Below are positions 11,301 through 24,500 of a DNA stretch of 64,000 nt, one piece after another; position 1 is the first letter of the stretch, and each line of letters starts with the position of its first letter. The notes beneath the pieces were generated by a model, which saw only the letters and a list, made by a program, of their open reading frames with translations, did not search any database and was not told the DNA's origin. A program made the translations under genes and the position numbers. The stretch lies in the NCBI GenBank assembly GCA_040954595.2, contig CM082588.2, positions 1,678,927-1,742,926 of the forward strand, in the 5' to 3' direction. This stretch comes from Balanoglossus misakiensis (taxonomy: Eukaryota > Animalia > Hemichordata).

Positions 11301-14300
11301 CAGTCGAGAAACTGGGTAGTGAATTTGCATATTTTATCATCACCGGAGCCTCGCTTTCGAACACGCGGGCGCTGCAAACATGGCGTTCGCAACCCTCGCC
11401 GTTGTCATGTAAACACATTTTTAGAAGCGGTTTATCTCAGTTAAAAACACCGAAAGAAAAAGAAAAATCAATTTTTCTGAGGTATTATAAAGTAATTATT
11501 GGGATAACGAAAAAATCCGCCATTTTTAGCGTCATTTTCTTGCAATTAACGACCTATCTCGGCACCAGCCATTACGGTGATTTACCGCGCTACGACGGGC
11601 CAATTTTCAGCGAACGGGTAAGGGGTCAAGGAGGTCGTGAGCCATCACGATATTTCAAACACATGATTTGGAAAGTTCAAAGGTACTTCAGTCCAAATAT
11701 GGGAGTAGTGCCGCCTTGCAAACGCAAACGACGCAGTGTTTACTGATCAAGGTCACGTACTTCCGGGTTTCGATGTTGCGCGCAATGTGTATGCGATATG
11801 CGTTGTAGTTAGTCCTGCGTACATGTCTGTAGGTTCCCGGCGTTAATTAAAGTGAGCTTCGCGCAAGCCTTAAAGCCGCCCGGCCGCGAACCACACGATG
11901 TGGGCTAAAGGCCAACCTGCACGACCCAGTCCACCAGGGCTACAATTATTGCGGCTACGGTTATGCCATATACTGACTCTCCTTGCAAGTCACCGCGTAT
12001 GTTGCATGCCCCCCCCCCCCGCCACGTACAGCCACACAGTTAGTAACATGCCCCCTGGCAAATACATTTGCTAGTTTTACCCAGCAATTTCATCATCACT
12101 GTCAAGGTTATCATCAACTTCGAGAACATTTTCTTCTGGCAAATCATATTCCTGTTCATCCTCAATAATTTCTTATATTTCACAATTTGTGATTTCATTA
12201 TCATCATTATTGGTTTCTTCTTCAATAATTTCATCAGTTTCTGTCTGCAGTTCCCTGCCCTTGTTGTTCACACAGTTCAGGCAATTACAGCCTGGGCCAC
12301 ACATCATGCCCTTCTTTTTGCATTTACATGTATTATTCTTGCATCCTGTTTTCTTACATTTACAATTACACTCTTTTGTGTAAAACATCACACGCTCTTG
12401 AACCTTCTGCATATTTTCCACAGAATCCTACAGTATATTTATTTTCCACATTGTATCCTGAGTTTTCATAAGGAGGAAGTGTAATGTGATGTCGGTGAGC
12501 TTGTGACCACAGTTCAGAAATAAAACACGTTCTATACCAGTGATATTTTAGTGCAGTGTCATTTGGAATTATCTCTTGCTTTGTCTGCGTTCGTACTTGT
12601 ATTGTGTCTCTTATTTTACTCAGCCACTTTGTGTGTAATTCCACCGGACTGTCTGATTGGTTATTTACTTGTATTGTTTTGTACAGATCAAAGGGGCTTG
12701 ATGATTCTGAAGAAAATTCACTGTAATGTTTTTGGTAATACAGTGTACCAATAAGACGATAAAATGAAAGTAACCCCCTTTCTCTACAGATGAATTCTGT
12801 GTCTGACAGAGTGCCAGGTGCTACACTCCCGCCTGTAATAAATTCAGCAAATTGATATAAAATTTTCAGAAAAGAGGCTTTACCATACCCAACAAAGAAA
12901 GAAATGAAATCACACCCACTTGTGATATATAATGTCTGCATTACTTTAGCTCTGATTTCTTTGTCAACTTGTGCTAAATCTGGATCATCAAGGAGTGATT
13001 CATAAAGTTTGTCGACATTTAGAAATCTGCTTTGCATGTCACATAGCAGGAGTAAGGCTTGACTCTCATTCACATTTGTCTTGCATTGTGACAAACGTTT
13101 TTTAATCATGGTTTCGGCCATAATAATGGACTTGTCTTTTATAAATCTTTGGCGATGCTCATGGCAATGATGTTTTAGAGGTCCTGACATTTTGCACACA
13201 GACCGCAGCGATTTTTTAAACTCTTGCAGTTGATTACACACTGTTTTTATTTGTTTCACTACATTATTTTTAACTTTACACTTATCCCGCATTTTTTTAA
13301 TACAAATATTATATCGATGCTCTGCCAGTCGTACAAATGTGGAAATATGGTACTTGTAAGCTTTGTAATTATTAAATGAAGGCTTGCTAGCACTTTTAAG
13401 CCTTGCATTTAAAATATTTGCAACTTTTGTTTTTATTTCAGTTGAGTTTGTATACAGAACCTTGTTTTTTTTCCACTTCAGAGCAGGTTTTGTTAATTTG
13501 CAACAGTGCATTTTTACTGACAGAGTTTATGCGTGAACGATGCACCCTCCTTGTCCACAAAGACAAGGATTGACTCCACATACAATCACCATTTTTATGC
13601 GTTTTGTGGTTATCTGTAGTACTTAAGTAGTATAACCCTGGAAGCCAAAAATGCACCAATAAATCCGAAAAAAATCAACTTCCCTGGTAAAACAATAGCA
13701 AAGAGATAGCTATGTTAATGTGAGACGAAAAAATGCACGTTTTAGTCATACACAAGTCCAAAGAATCATGCGTGGCACGTGGATGCACCTCAGTGACACG
13801 ATCACGAACTGATGTAAACAATCAGCAGCGTGTGACCGCCATATTGGATTTTACTGGCGTCGACCACCCAAAACCTACTCAAGTTCAATGGCCCGAAACT
13901 CCACTTTGGGAAGCTTGAGCCAAAACGAAACAATATCCGTTCAAAATATAAGATATAAAACTAATACAAAAAGCACACTTGGAACAATTTTATGCTTGCA
14001 AACGGAAACGACGCAGTGTTTATTTTACCACATTCGCTAGACGTAGCGTACAAATAATATCAGAGATCGAACAGAAATACGATAAATTTTCCACTTTCAA
14101 CTCGATCAGACGATAGGTTACGTCTATCAAACCTGAGCGACGAAGTTTGGTGGCACAAATCTCACCTTTTGGTGTAGAAAAAGACGATTTTCTGAAAGTG
14201 AAAAAATACACCAACGGTTCTTGAAGTAATGGTGGCGCTGTTGAAATTCAAAGTAAAATCTTATTAACATATGCAAATCCACTACCCAGTTTCTCGACTG
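11301..14300 (-). mobile_element. Academ (AcademX-type) DNA transposon, internally deleted non-autonomous copy, 3000 bp
   Basis: TIRs CAGTCGAGAAACTGGGTAGTG(A/G)ATTTGCATAT at 11301-11332 and 14269-14300 (31/32 identical). TAG on both flanks (3-bp TSD). Internal XPG-type H3TH motif plus Cys8 finger, the architecture described for AcademX. Confidence 0.82.
12077..13592 (-). pseudogene. Disrupted Academ protein (basic N-terminal segment, XPG C-half, Cys8 CXC finger, acidic tail)
   Basis: SGCDFISFFVGYGK (H3TH), IIPNDTALKYHWYR...W, CNCKCKKTGCKNNTCKCKKKGMMCGPGCNCLNC. Frameshift and TAG stop near 12430, in-frame stop at 12173 inside the acidic tail, and another stop just upstream of 13511. No DDE domain is recognisable. 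Confidence 0.8.
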
Positions 14301-15531
14301 TAGTACAGAGCTAATGAACGCCACCACTATGTCAACGCGACACAAAATGTCGCTCAAACTGTTCTGCGGAAAATCAATATTCGATTTTTAGCAGACAATC
14401 TCCTATAAAGCTCAACGTTTGGTGGCAATGTTTAGCGTGCGTGTCTGTTTTAGTGGAGTGGGAGGACGGAGGCCAACTGAACAACTGCTCGGTTAGACTG
14501 AAAGATTGGTCGTGTGCGGGCGCTCCATCACCACAGGTAAAACCACGGTCGGTGGGGTGACCGTGGTAACACGCAACGTTTATACTGGATTGGAAATTGT
14601 GTTTTTCCTCAGATTGGGGAAAAAACGTCGCTTGAGGGCTCGCTTCTCCCCGGCCCATCAGAGACAAAAATCTGAGACACTGTTTTGGAGAATACCATCA
14701 TAAACTGATGCGACAACCAGGATTGAGAACTTTGCGCAAAAAGCATTCAGAAAATTCCACTATAGGCCCTAACTACACGACCAAACATTTCTGGCATTTT
14801 CGTTGGCGTTGACTTGGACGCAAACCAACACCAGTGATCAAGATAATTACCAAAAATGAAGACAACTGAACAATCCATCGGCATTGTTTCCTAGAAAAAC
14901 TATCATGATGGACCTTTCATCTCGCTTTGCCATTTTGTCTAGGTTTTGTCCTTTGATTTCTTAGAATTTGACAAAGGCTCTCGAACCACATATTGGTTGA
15001 AGATTATTGTGTAAATGTACCGACTGTCAGTGAAGTTATCGGTTCCCAGGCTCCACACAATTCATATTTTAAACTTGCCCCACTATAGCTCGAAACTGTC
15101 GGACTGATTTTAAGAACTTTTCGTGGACTTGTATTCCAATATGGAGACAGTCGGTATGTGTTTATACTTCTGGGGAACAGTGTGACGGCAATTTCGTGTT
15201 TTTATTCAATCAAACCATAGTGACACATAGCGTCACAACCACTGATTGTTATTGTATGTATGTAACGTTGAGCATGAGCTCAGTTATCGGTTTTTTTGCC
15301 AATCATTTCGTGATGATGACAAGTCAGCCCTTGACGTGAGAGGTCGCATAAGAGGTTAATATCCGGGAACTCGACCCACAATGCTTTGCGATATTTTCCA
15401 GATTCTGTCCTGCCAGCTCGAGCATCTATATGTTGAATATGATGTAGAAAGATATGGACATTATGTGGTCGCTTCAACCGAAATGGCTTATTCCTGAGGA
15501 AAACTAACCAGACATGTCGGCAAAGGCGACG

Positions 15532-18500
15532 ATGAAGAAATTTGCTAGCATAGGGAGAGTGCTAGACGGGTTGCGATCGGGCTCCAACCCAGCTCCGAAG
15601 ACAGAAACAGAAATCGTTGAAACGCTAACTTCAGAAGACTTCACAGTCAGTAAGGTGAGTGCTCATAAATAAATGGCGATTTTTTTTCTTCAGCGACACA
15701 GATAGTTGGCCTATGATCGAAAATTATCTCCGTTCTGTCATCATAGGTTGTTCGTCATGGATACCCATTTGAGCCAACCGCGATGGCATACGACCCAGTG
15801 CAGAATATATTGGTCATTGGCAGCAAAAACGGTTCATTACGAATGTATCCTTAAAATCTTCATTCATTCGAGACGACTATTTTGCCCAGTGATTGTGTGG
15901 AGAGAGAGAGAGAGAGCGAGAGATCGACCTGGTTTCAGGTAAAATAATATTTTCTCAATCATAATATGAATATTTTTCGGATGCAGGGGTATGTAGTTAT
16001 TTACAAATATGAGAAGGGACAGCATTGGTAAAAAAAAATACAGGGTATTTATATCGTATCATCCATCGCATCGGTGATGCAGTTCATGGGGATGCTCTCT
16101 CAACTTGTCAATTATGTAAATATCGTACGCCTTCTAAGCAATATCGCTTGTAATCACACATATATTGCGAGGCAGAATATCATTTCCGCGCTTTGTTTTC
16201 AAATGAGAAATTGAAACGAACAAGCCCGGCGATGAAATGTACACGCAGGTTTTGTTGTGGGTGGTTTTTAAATGCCTGGGGAACAGCCCACTTTGTACAA
16301 ATAGACACTGCTATACAGCACAGTGCAAGCGAGGTGTAGGTAATATCTAGCACTGACGTCATATGCATATTATATTAATAGGAGTGCATGAAAGATGTAG
16401 AGATCAAACTGCATTATGAGCATCGGTCTAGTTTGTTGATGTGTAAATAAATGGTAGGCCTTTGAACTTGAAATTGCTAGTGAGAATTAAAATAATCGGG
16501 GGGGGGGGGTTTCATCAATTTGATTTTTAAGTACAATTATGTACTTAGAGGGAAAGCACATATTTACTACAAATTTTTATCAATGCCAAAGGGCATGTCA
16601 TGTAAGAATGACTTATCTGATCTGCTGATGTAGTTTTGCAAGTTTGATTTTTTGTAAAGTTTCTGATTTTAATTTTTTCCAGACAATAATTGTACTACTA
16701 CATGTATATAGAATGATTCTTTTTGCAACATGCAAACTGAAAGTTTTATGTTTGATATTTGCTTTTTATTCTTTAATATATCAGAAATACATAAGATCTC
16801 AATCATTTTATTTATTTTACATCATAAAAGCTTTACACTCATCTCCTAAAATCTAGTGTGATACAAGTAATCTGGTGGCTTTTCCACTGGAGTTCCACCC
16901 TATGAGTTATTGCCAGGAGAGTTTGGTTCTATAGCCGCAGATTTCCAAGTTAATGACCATTTCATTATACACATAATGTTTACTATATCATTATGTTTAT
17001 ACTATTCTGCTGTTTGCTTTATGCAGCCATGCATGTATTGATTTTTAATTTCTTTTGTGGCGTAGACTATATAGTTTCATGTATGATTTCTGTCACTGTG
17101 TCAGTGTTGTGTTTTAAACATAGATTACACATCTGTGAATTTATTCAGTCATTTTATACATTCAAACCAGGGACAATACTTTTTATTCAAAACAAGGGCA
17201 TATGATTAACAGTAACCTTTATATTGTATTCTTGTAGTGTGCGGGTTATACTATTTTAACTCGCACATATCATACAAATGTATGTATAGTGACTATAATC
17301 AGTAATGAGGCAATGCTGTTTGTAAAAGATAATGAAAAAAACAGATCTCTATTTAAGTATGGTCTGTCAGTGATGAGTGTGGTCTCCTGTCAAATATCCA
17401 TCAAGTGTTAATTGACAGTTTCCTGGAAATACTTTGTCCCTCCATCGCAAAACTGGGGACCGTCACTCTTCAGAATATTGATTGAATTTTTTGTGGTAAA
17501 CATAGCATTCCGTGAGTTACTGATGAACCCCTATGTTCAGAGAATGACATGTGAAACATGGTATTTGAGAAATTCACTATTTCTTACTTCTCAAACTATA
17601 ACAAGGTGGAAACACTCAAGATTGAGCTGTCGATGGTTCAGACATATTTTATGTGTAGATGACTAAAAGGGTATTTGAAACCATGTGACGTGAGAAGATA
17701 TTGATTAATTTTTTTATTGAAATACCAGTAGTCAAGCCAAAGTAAAATGCATTACTAATACTGATATAGCATAAATTAATACAGAGACTCTGTGTAATAT
17801 TGCTCACTGAATATTATGTTTACATTTGATTAATGCAGGAAATCTGTAGTCTTGCTATCATTACTTAAAGCCCTAAAAGCTGCCAATTTTTGCATTATTT
17901 TCATGATTTTATTTACCAACTTAGATTGGTCCATATAAATAATATTACTAATAGGTACACATTCACATCTCATCGACTCCCGATTGTGGCCGTATGTTGC
18001 AATTTGAACAAGTGATATATTAAATGGGTGCCACACCCATTTAATAAACCCTGTACAAAGAGTACATAAGTATTATGGTATGCGTCGCCAAGAGATGACA
18101 AACTGATGCAAATACAGGTAATATGGGAGGATTTTAAAGGATAAGGAGAAGATTTAAAGTATTTTATAATTGTAGAAAAAATATGTGAAATTTGGCTGCT
18201 CATGGGGCTTTAATCTTTGAGAATGTTTTTGTATGAACAGGAATTTTGATCATTTAAGAATGTTGGAGACATTGCAAACAAGAGTAGACGATTAAAATTC
18301 CATTTGCAGCTTCATGCACTGGGAAAATCAAATATTTATGTTTCATATAATTTATTTTATTTCTTGTGTTGGTTTCAGTCCAGTGCAGTTCAGTTAGCTG
18401 TAGCCAGCTAATCTTGCAAGCAGTTTTAATTGATTTTAATTAAATTAAATTTTTAGATCCAAGAAAGTTTATTATATTTACTGTGATAGTGTAGGTATGT

Positions 18501-21500
18501 ATTACTGTGTATTTAATAAAGATTTTGAAAGACTGATTTTATTTGTAGTTTTAGATATCTGATTTCAAAAAAAGGAATATTATTAACAGTGTCAGTGTTA
18601 AAATGTTATTGAAAGTTATCGTATATATTTTTATTTGTGCTGTGTAATTTGCATATTTAGAAAAGAATGGACCATTTTCAAAACAATATCTGAAAATCAT
18701 ACAGTAAGACTGAAACTTATTGATGTAATTTGAAAGCTGAAAGGCAATTTTGTAAAGTGGCCATGTTATCTTCTGTGATCTGATTCTACAACCATTTACT
18801 TGAGTACACAGGCATGTCATGTTAGAATGGGTTAATAGTTTTGTAAATCTTACTTCTAAGCAAAAAAAGAGTAGTTCAGGAGATTTCGTCTAGCGATCTG
18901 GACTTGATTTGAGATCTTGTTGTCCAGTTTGTGTTACAGGAAGTAGGAGTTGCTATGAAATAGTCACGGCTGACTGCTTGCTTTCTTATCCATTGAAAGG
19001 TCTTCGGTAAGCAGACGTGAATGTTCACTACCAAGTACAGTTATATATTAATCTTACGCACACTGTAATTTTCGTTTGTGTAAAACTACAGAGCATTTGA
19101 TACTTAAACATAGCAGAATTTGGGTCGATTGTTGAAATTTTGATTTTAAAAAATCTGGTTTTAATGAAATATGGTACACCTTGAAAAATCATCTTATACA
19201 TTTCAAAGGATCAGCCCTGTGGTATGTGAAGGATCAGCTTTGTGTTGTTATGTTGATTTCAAGTGCATTGCACAGTAAACAAAGTTGTTATGTTGGTGTC
19301 TATGTAAGAACTCTTTGCTTATATGATGTGTACACTGAGAGTCAGGGCCAACCCTCCTGGCTGTTCCAGTTGTTATAGATCTCAGCCTATATACATGTAT
19401 TCTCTTGTTATTCATCTTTCAACCCTGAGTAATGTTGGCATCTAACAGGTGGTTCTCTCATGACATGACATCAAAATCACCCTTCCATTGGTGTAGTACT
19501 CAGTGCATCTCATTTATCGAAGTTCATGGTCAGTTTTTAGAATTACAATAAATAGAGCGCTTCTATGAAACACATTTTAGGTCAGTTCTTGCTTGTGTAG
19601 GTTTATTCAGTCTTCATGTAGTATCACATGTATGCCTTATATTTTCACATTATCTACAAGTGACAGTGTTTCAAAGCATATGTGATTCGATCTGGAAAAA
19701 TCTGGGTGTAGGTCATGTTGAGTCTGTACCTTGTATGTGCGACAGTATAATGTCTGTCAAAAGCACACACTTTCAGGTAGGAAGGTGTGTTCGCGTTGAA
19801 AAACCCCTAATAGGGCCCAGGCTTCAAATGGCAAACTCAGGTTCTAGTAAAGCTTTATGTAGAGACATGTCAGTGCTGGTACTGTGAGAAGTTGATCTGT
19901 AGGAGGAAAGTGACAGAGGGACTGCAAAAACTACATATAGACGTCACTTTCTATGTTCGTTTGGCTCAATTGTTACAGTGTCTGCATGTTTCTTGTAAAT
20001 CTAGTTGTGATATGACAGACAGCTTGTCATTACAAGGGAAGTCAGAGAAGTCTGGTATTTGTGAATCCCAATCATGCTGTATAGTCACTTCTTGTCATCT
20101 TTGCAAGTGTTCAGTAGAGAATTTTAGAACGTTTTCATTTTTGGTTGAATCGTACACGGTTAACAGTCCTAGCAACAATGTACATCATGTGAGTTTGAGG
20201 TTGGGAATGTGATACCAGCTTAAGGAGTTCAGTGCGTGCTAATTTTAATTTGTCAATCAGTTTTATTCAATTGAGACGCGGCAATCAAATTAAGCAAATG
20301 AGTCTGCATTTTCTTTTGCACATTAATAGTTAGGTTATTAATTTTAAGAAAAGTTATGTAAAAATGTCATTATTGTCCTAGTCAGTTTTATGACCCATTC
20401 TCCCTACGGTCTTAAAGTCTTCAGATTGTATTTGCAAAGGATTTCAATAAGATGAACACATACCAGGAACTTCCTGAATTTTTTTCATATTTGATAAACA
20501 CTTTCATGGTTTCTAAAGAGTTATATAAAGAAAATAGAAATAAAGAATTTTTTAAATTCTGAAATCATATACTGATGTTATCTCCGAATTGCTTTATTGT
20601 TTTGCATTAAATATTGCAGTCCAGATATTGTCCTGGATACAAGTATTTGTGACATGAAACCACTATTTGTGTACCGGGCCTCTGTCTATTTTTTTCCCTG
20701 TTCACATTTAGTCGTGATTATATCAGTCCTGGGAATGCAACCCTGATCTTAATCTGTCCTGTTATCATTTTGTAACATTAGTACAGCCCTCACTGAAAGC
20801 AGTTGCTATGGCGATGAGAGTGTCATCACATACAATCAGAGAACTTCACCTCACCAAATTATAACTGTAGAGATGCTGTTGCCATAGATACTGATGAAAT
20901 GGCTTCTCGTGAAGTACAATCCCTCGCAGCTTTGTTAAGATTGAGGTCACAGGTCATGTGTGAAAGGTCATGGACAAGTCATACTTAAGTATTTAGGGAA
21001 TTTCATCCTTTTGATTTTTCCGAAAATATATTTTGTTTTACTTTTCAATAAAGCTGACATTGATAAGTGCTATTGTGAGATTTTTGATAAATGAAATACA
21101 CCTGAAATAGATCCTGATATTACTGGCATTGAAGATTATGGTATAACCGTCGACAATAACTATCTTGTCAAAATTTGCAAACAACAAGTATCCAATGTAT
21201 CTTAGACTTCACACTACCAGTTTCCTTTACACCCATCCAACCACACCCCATTTTTCTTCATGGTGAAAAAAAGAACAAAATTTCAGCCACAGCTCCGAGT
21301 ATTATTTATAATGTACATCTACATGTACCACATGGACGTCTAATTAAAATATAAAAAAATAGAATATAACTGTCATTTGAGCACAGAACTGTTCTAATGA
21401 AAATGTTCATGTAACTGTTTTAATCAGTAAAAAATTAAGTTTATATCAATGTTACATCTTGTTAGTTAATTTAACAGATAATATAATTATCTATTTGTGG

Positions 21501-24500
21501 GACTTGACTGCCAAGTCATTATCTGCAATTGTTACTTTTTTTAGAAATTAGACATGAAATGTCACTGGCAGGATTGAGACAGTTTTCCGGTAAAATTGAA
21601 ATAAAATGGTTAATGAAAATATGAAGTTGAAAGATATTTTTTATTAGATATCTGATAGAAGTCAACTTGGTTTCATTTTTCTGTAAGATGCATTGTGGGA
21701 AGTTAGGTATTTAAACATTTATTTGCCATCTCTGTGATTGAGGGTTGGCCTTCTGAGGTCTTGTAGTACTTGAAATTTTGTACATGTACAAACATACTCT
21801 GGAACTAGAAGGTAATAGTTATTCCATTCATGTTGCAACAGTGGGGAAAAAAGGTGATTGCTTTCTGCATTGTAGTCAATGAAAAATGAAAGTCAAAATG
21901 ACATATGGTGAAAAAATGGCGGTTCAGCGACGAGAGAAAGACGGAGGATATTTTCAGAAATGTAATTCCGCGAACGCATTGAGCTGATGTTGGAACTCGA
22001 ATTGTTATGTATTCAGTTTATTTCTGGGTAATGTTAGTGTTTTGGTCATGGCTCTGGGAATGCATTCAAGGAACTGGTGCATTTTGCTGTGTGTTAAAAC
22101 GACAAGCAACCTCCTGGGATTGTGGACATCAACCTATTAATAGTTGCCGATAGCTACTAATATGCCAAGCAAACTTATATTTATATGGAGCGGTCTCAAG
22201 ATGCATAGTTATCACCTTTTAATCATTGAGATTTTTTAATCTAATCTTATTCCATCCATGTTTGGTGGAACTGGAATCCCTCATTATTACTATCTTGTCA
22301 TGTCTCATCAATTTAACACTGCTCATAATTGTGCAGCATCAGTTGGGGACTTCTGTTTATGATTACCAAATTATATGTTTATGGTAATTTTATTTTAAGT
22401 TTTTTAATCGCAGTAAACCATTTTAGTCAGCTGTCGAGATTGAAAAAATAATTAAATAAAAATTATGTATGTGATTTTACAGGTGTCAACTTCTGATTTA
22501 TATCTCTATGAATTTATGAATTTGAACTTGATATTTTATTTCTGTGCATATTGCAGTGTTTCCAAATTAAGCCACAGTCCATATATGCAAGTACACGTAT
22601 TTGTGACTGGACTTTTTGTACAAGAAAAGCTTTCTATTTACAGTACTTTTGAAAATGAGTTTGGGAAAAATAACCACTGAATCCTTTACCGACATTTGGC
22701 AGTGATTTCAATGAATTCCACCACATATATAGATCTATTTCTGGCCACAAGCTTTGCACTGACTAGACACATCTCGGACGGACTTCGAGCTGTCACAGAT
22801 GCCCAGCAAATCTTATTGATTTATGTCATGTAATGAGTGGCAATAATGCAGTGTCTTCAAATCAGGCAATGATTAGAAGTGTATTGGTGTGCTTTGAGTG
22901 GGAAGAGATACTGGTTTACTCCAAATGTCAAAGGTTTGCCGTATCTAGCCATGGGATTCAATTAGATAGAGGTCCTTTCCAATCTGACATTTACTGCGTG
23001 TCTGTTGGAATTTTTAGAGCTCGACTTGTCCAGGGCTGTGATATGAACACAATGTAGAAATTCTGGATGTTTTCTGGAAACAGGACAGTAAATAAATGAC
23101 CACACTTCTGTTTAATATTGTTTGTACCATGGTGATCACACATCTCTGTATAGACGTGGCCCCACACAAGGTGATGTAACTGGTGTTGCACTGTCTTCAT
23201 ACTTTTCCCAGCATCCATTGCAGGTTCTAGTCCATTTCTGAAACCTTGCAATGTGTACATCTGTGGCTGTGCTTTGCTTAATGAGTCACAGCGCTCAAGG
23301 TGAAAAGTAAAAGCAATGTTGTGTATTTACCTGTTATTGGCATTGTGATTATATCGTCTCATCTGTTCCTATATGCATATAAAATGATGGGAAACTATGC
23401 TCTCAAATACATATTTTCATGAAAGTAATACACCGGTAGTTCTGATTTCAATACATGTAGTGTACATACAAGTAACCGTCAAGACTTGTTTTAAGATGTC
23501 TGGGGAACTGAAAGGAAATGATGGGTTCCATAAAATTTTCAGAGAAATGAAAAAGATTATAAGAACAATATCAACTTGACCGGTATGACTGTGAGCATGT
23601 CAGTACAGAGATAATTGTATGAAAGTAAAAAATAAACATTCTCTTATGAAATGCAAATATTGAGTGAGATGTGTGTTAAAAATTCCATTTCTCGGCAGTA
23701 GACAAGTTATTATTTGAAGAACTGATGGATGCTTCTGGAAGACTGATGCTGAGAATTATTTATAGAGCTTGGAGGATTTGTCTGTCAACATCAAGTTGGG
23801 ATTAACCCAGAGCTGTGTCACGGTCAATTTAACCTGAGATCTGTGGAAAAGAACACAGAGAAGATGGTTTGGAATAAAATGTCAGCTAGTGTTAAGTGTA
23901 CAGGGTAGCTCATGATGGATAGGATGTAATCTGTCAATCACAGAGTCAGAGTGTGAAATGCAGCTCATGACAGTTTGGCTAGACTCTTGTAGGGGTCAGA
24001 GGAGAGTTGATGTATGAAGCCTGAACTGATGACATTTTGGCTTGAGTTCCATCTGTCTTTGTGTTCATGGCATTGCAATTGTAGTATCCACCAGCCACTG
24101 AGTTCTAGAGTCAGTCTGTGTAGTCTAGCATACAACAGTAGAGTGACAAAAACTGCCTGGTGAGATTGTACATGAAAAACATCACCTGAGACTCGCTTAT
24201 TATAATTCTTCAATCTTGATGCAGACTTGATGACTATTAACATATGCCTGTCAATTTGTGTTGCATTTGATGTCATGTGGGTTTGGCCATCCAGTTGTCA
24301 TTTTGTTTAGATTTGAGATGTCCAGAGCTATTATGCAGATGTGCCTGAACTGATTTCATTCAGACTTGGTCAGCGACAGTGTACTGTAACATTCGTGTCC
24401 ATATACTGTACATTTCATACACGTCAGTTTATATCACATGACTGATTTCATTCCACCATGATTTCCTCCAATGTTTTTGTAATCTATTGATTCTGTGGGG

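Noticed and set aside
11231-11746. 171-aa ORF on the + strand
   Set aside because: It crosses the transposon boundary at 11301 and has no recognisable motif, so it is probably a chance ORF.
11810-11942. Possible nested TAG...CTA mini-element inside the Academ copy
   Set aside because: The inverted similarity is loose and the flanks show no TSD.
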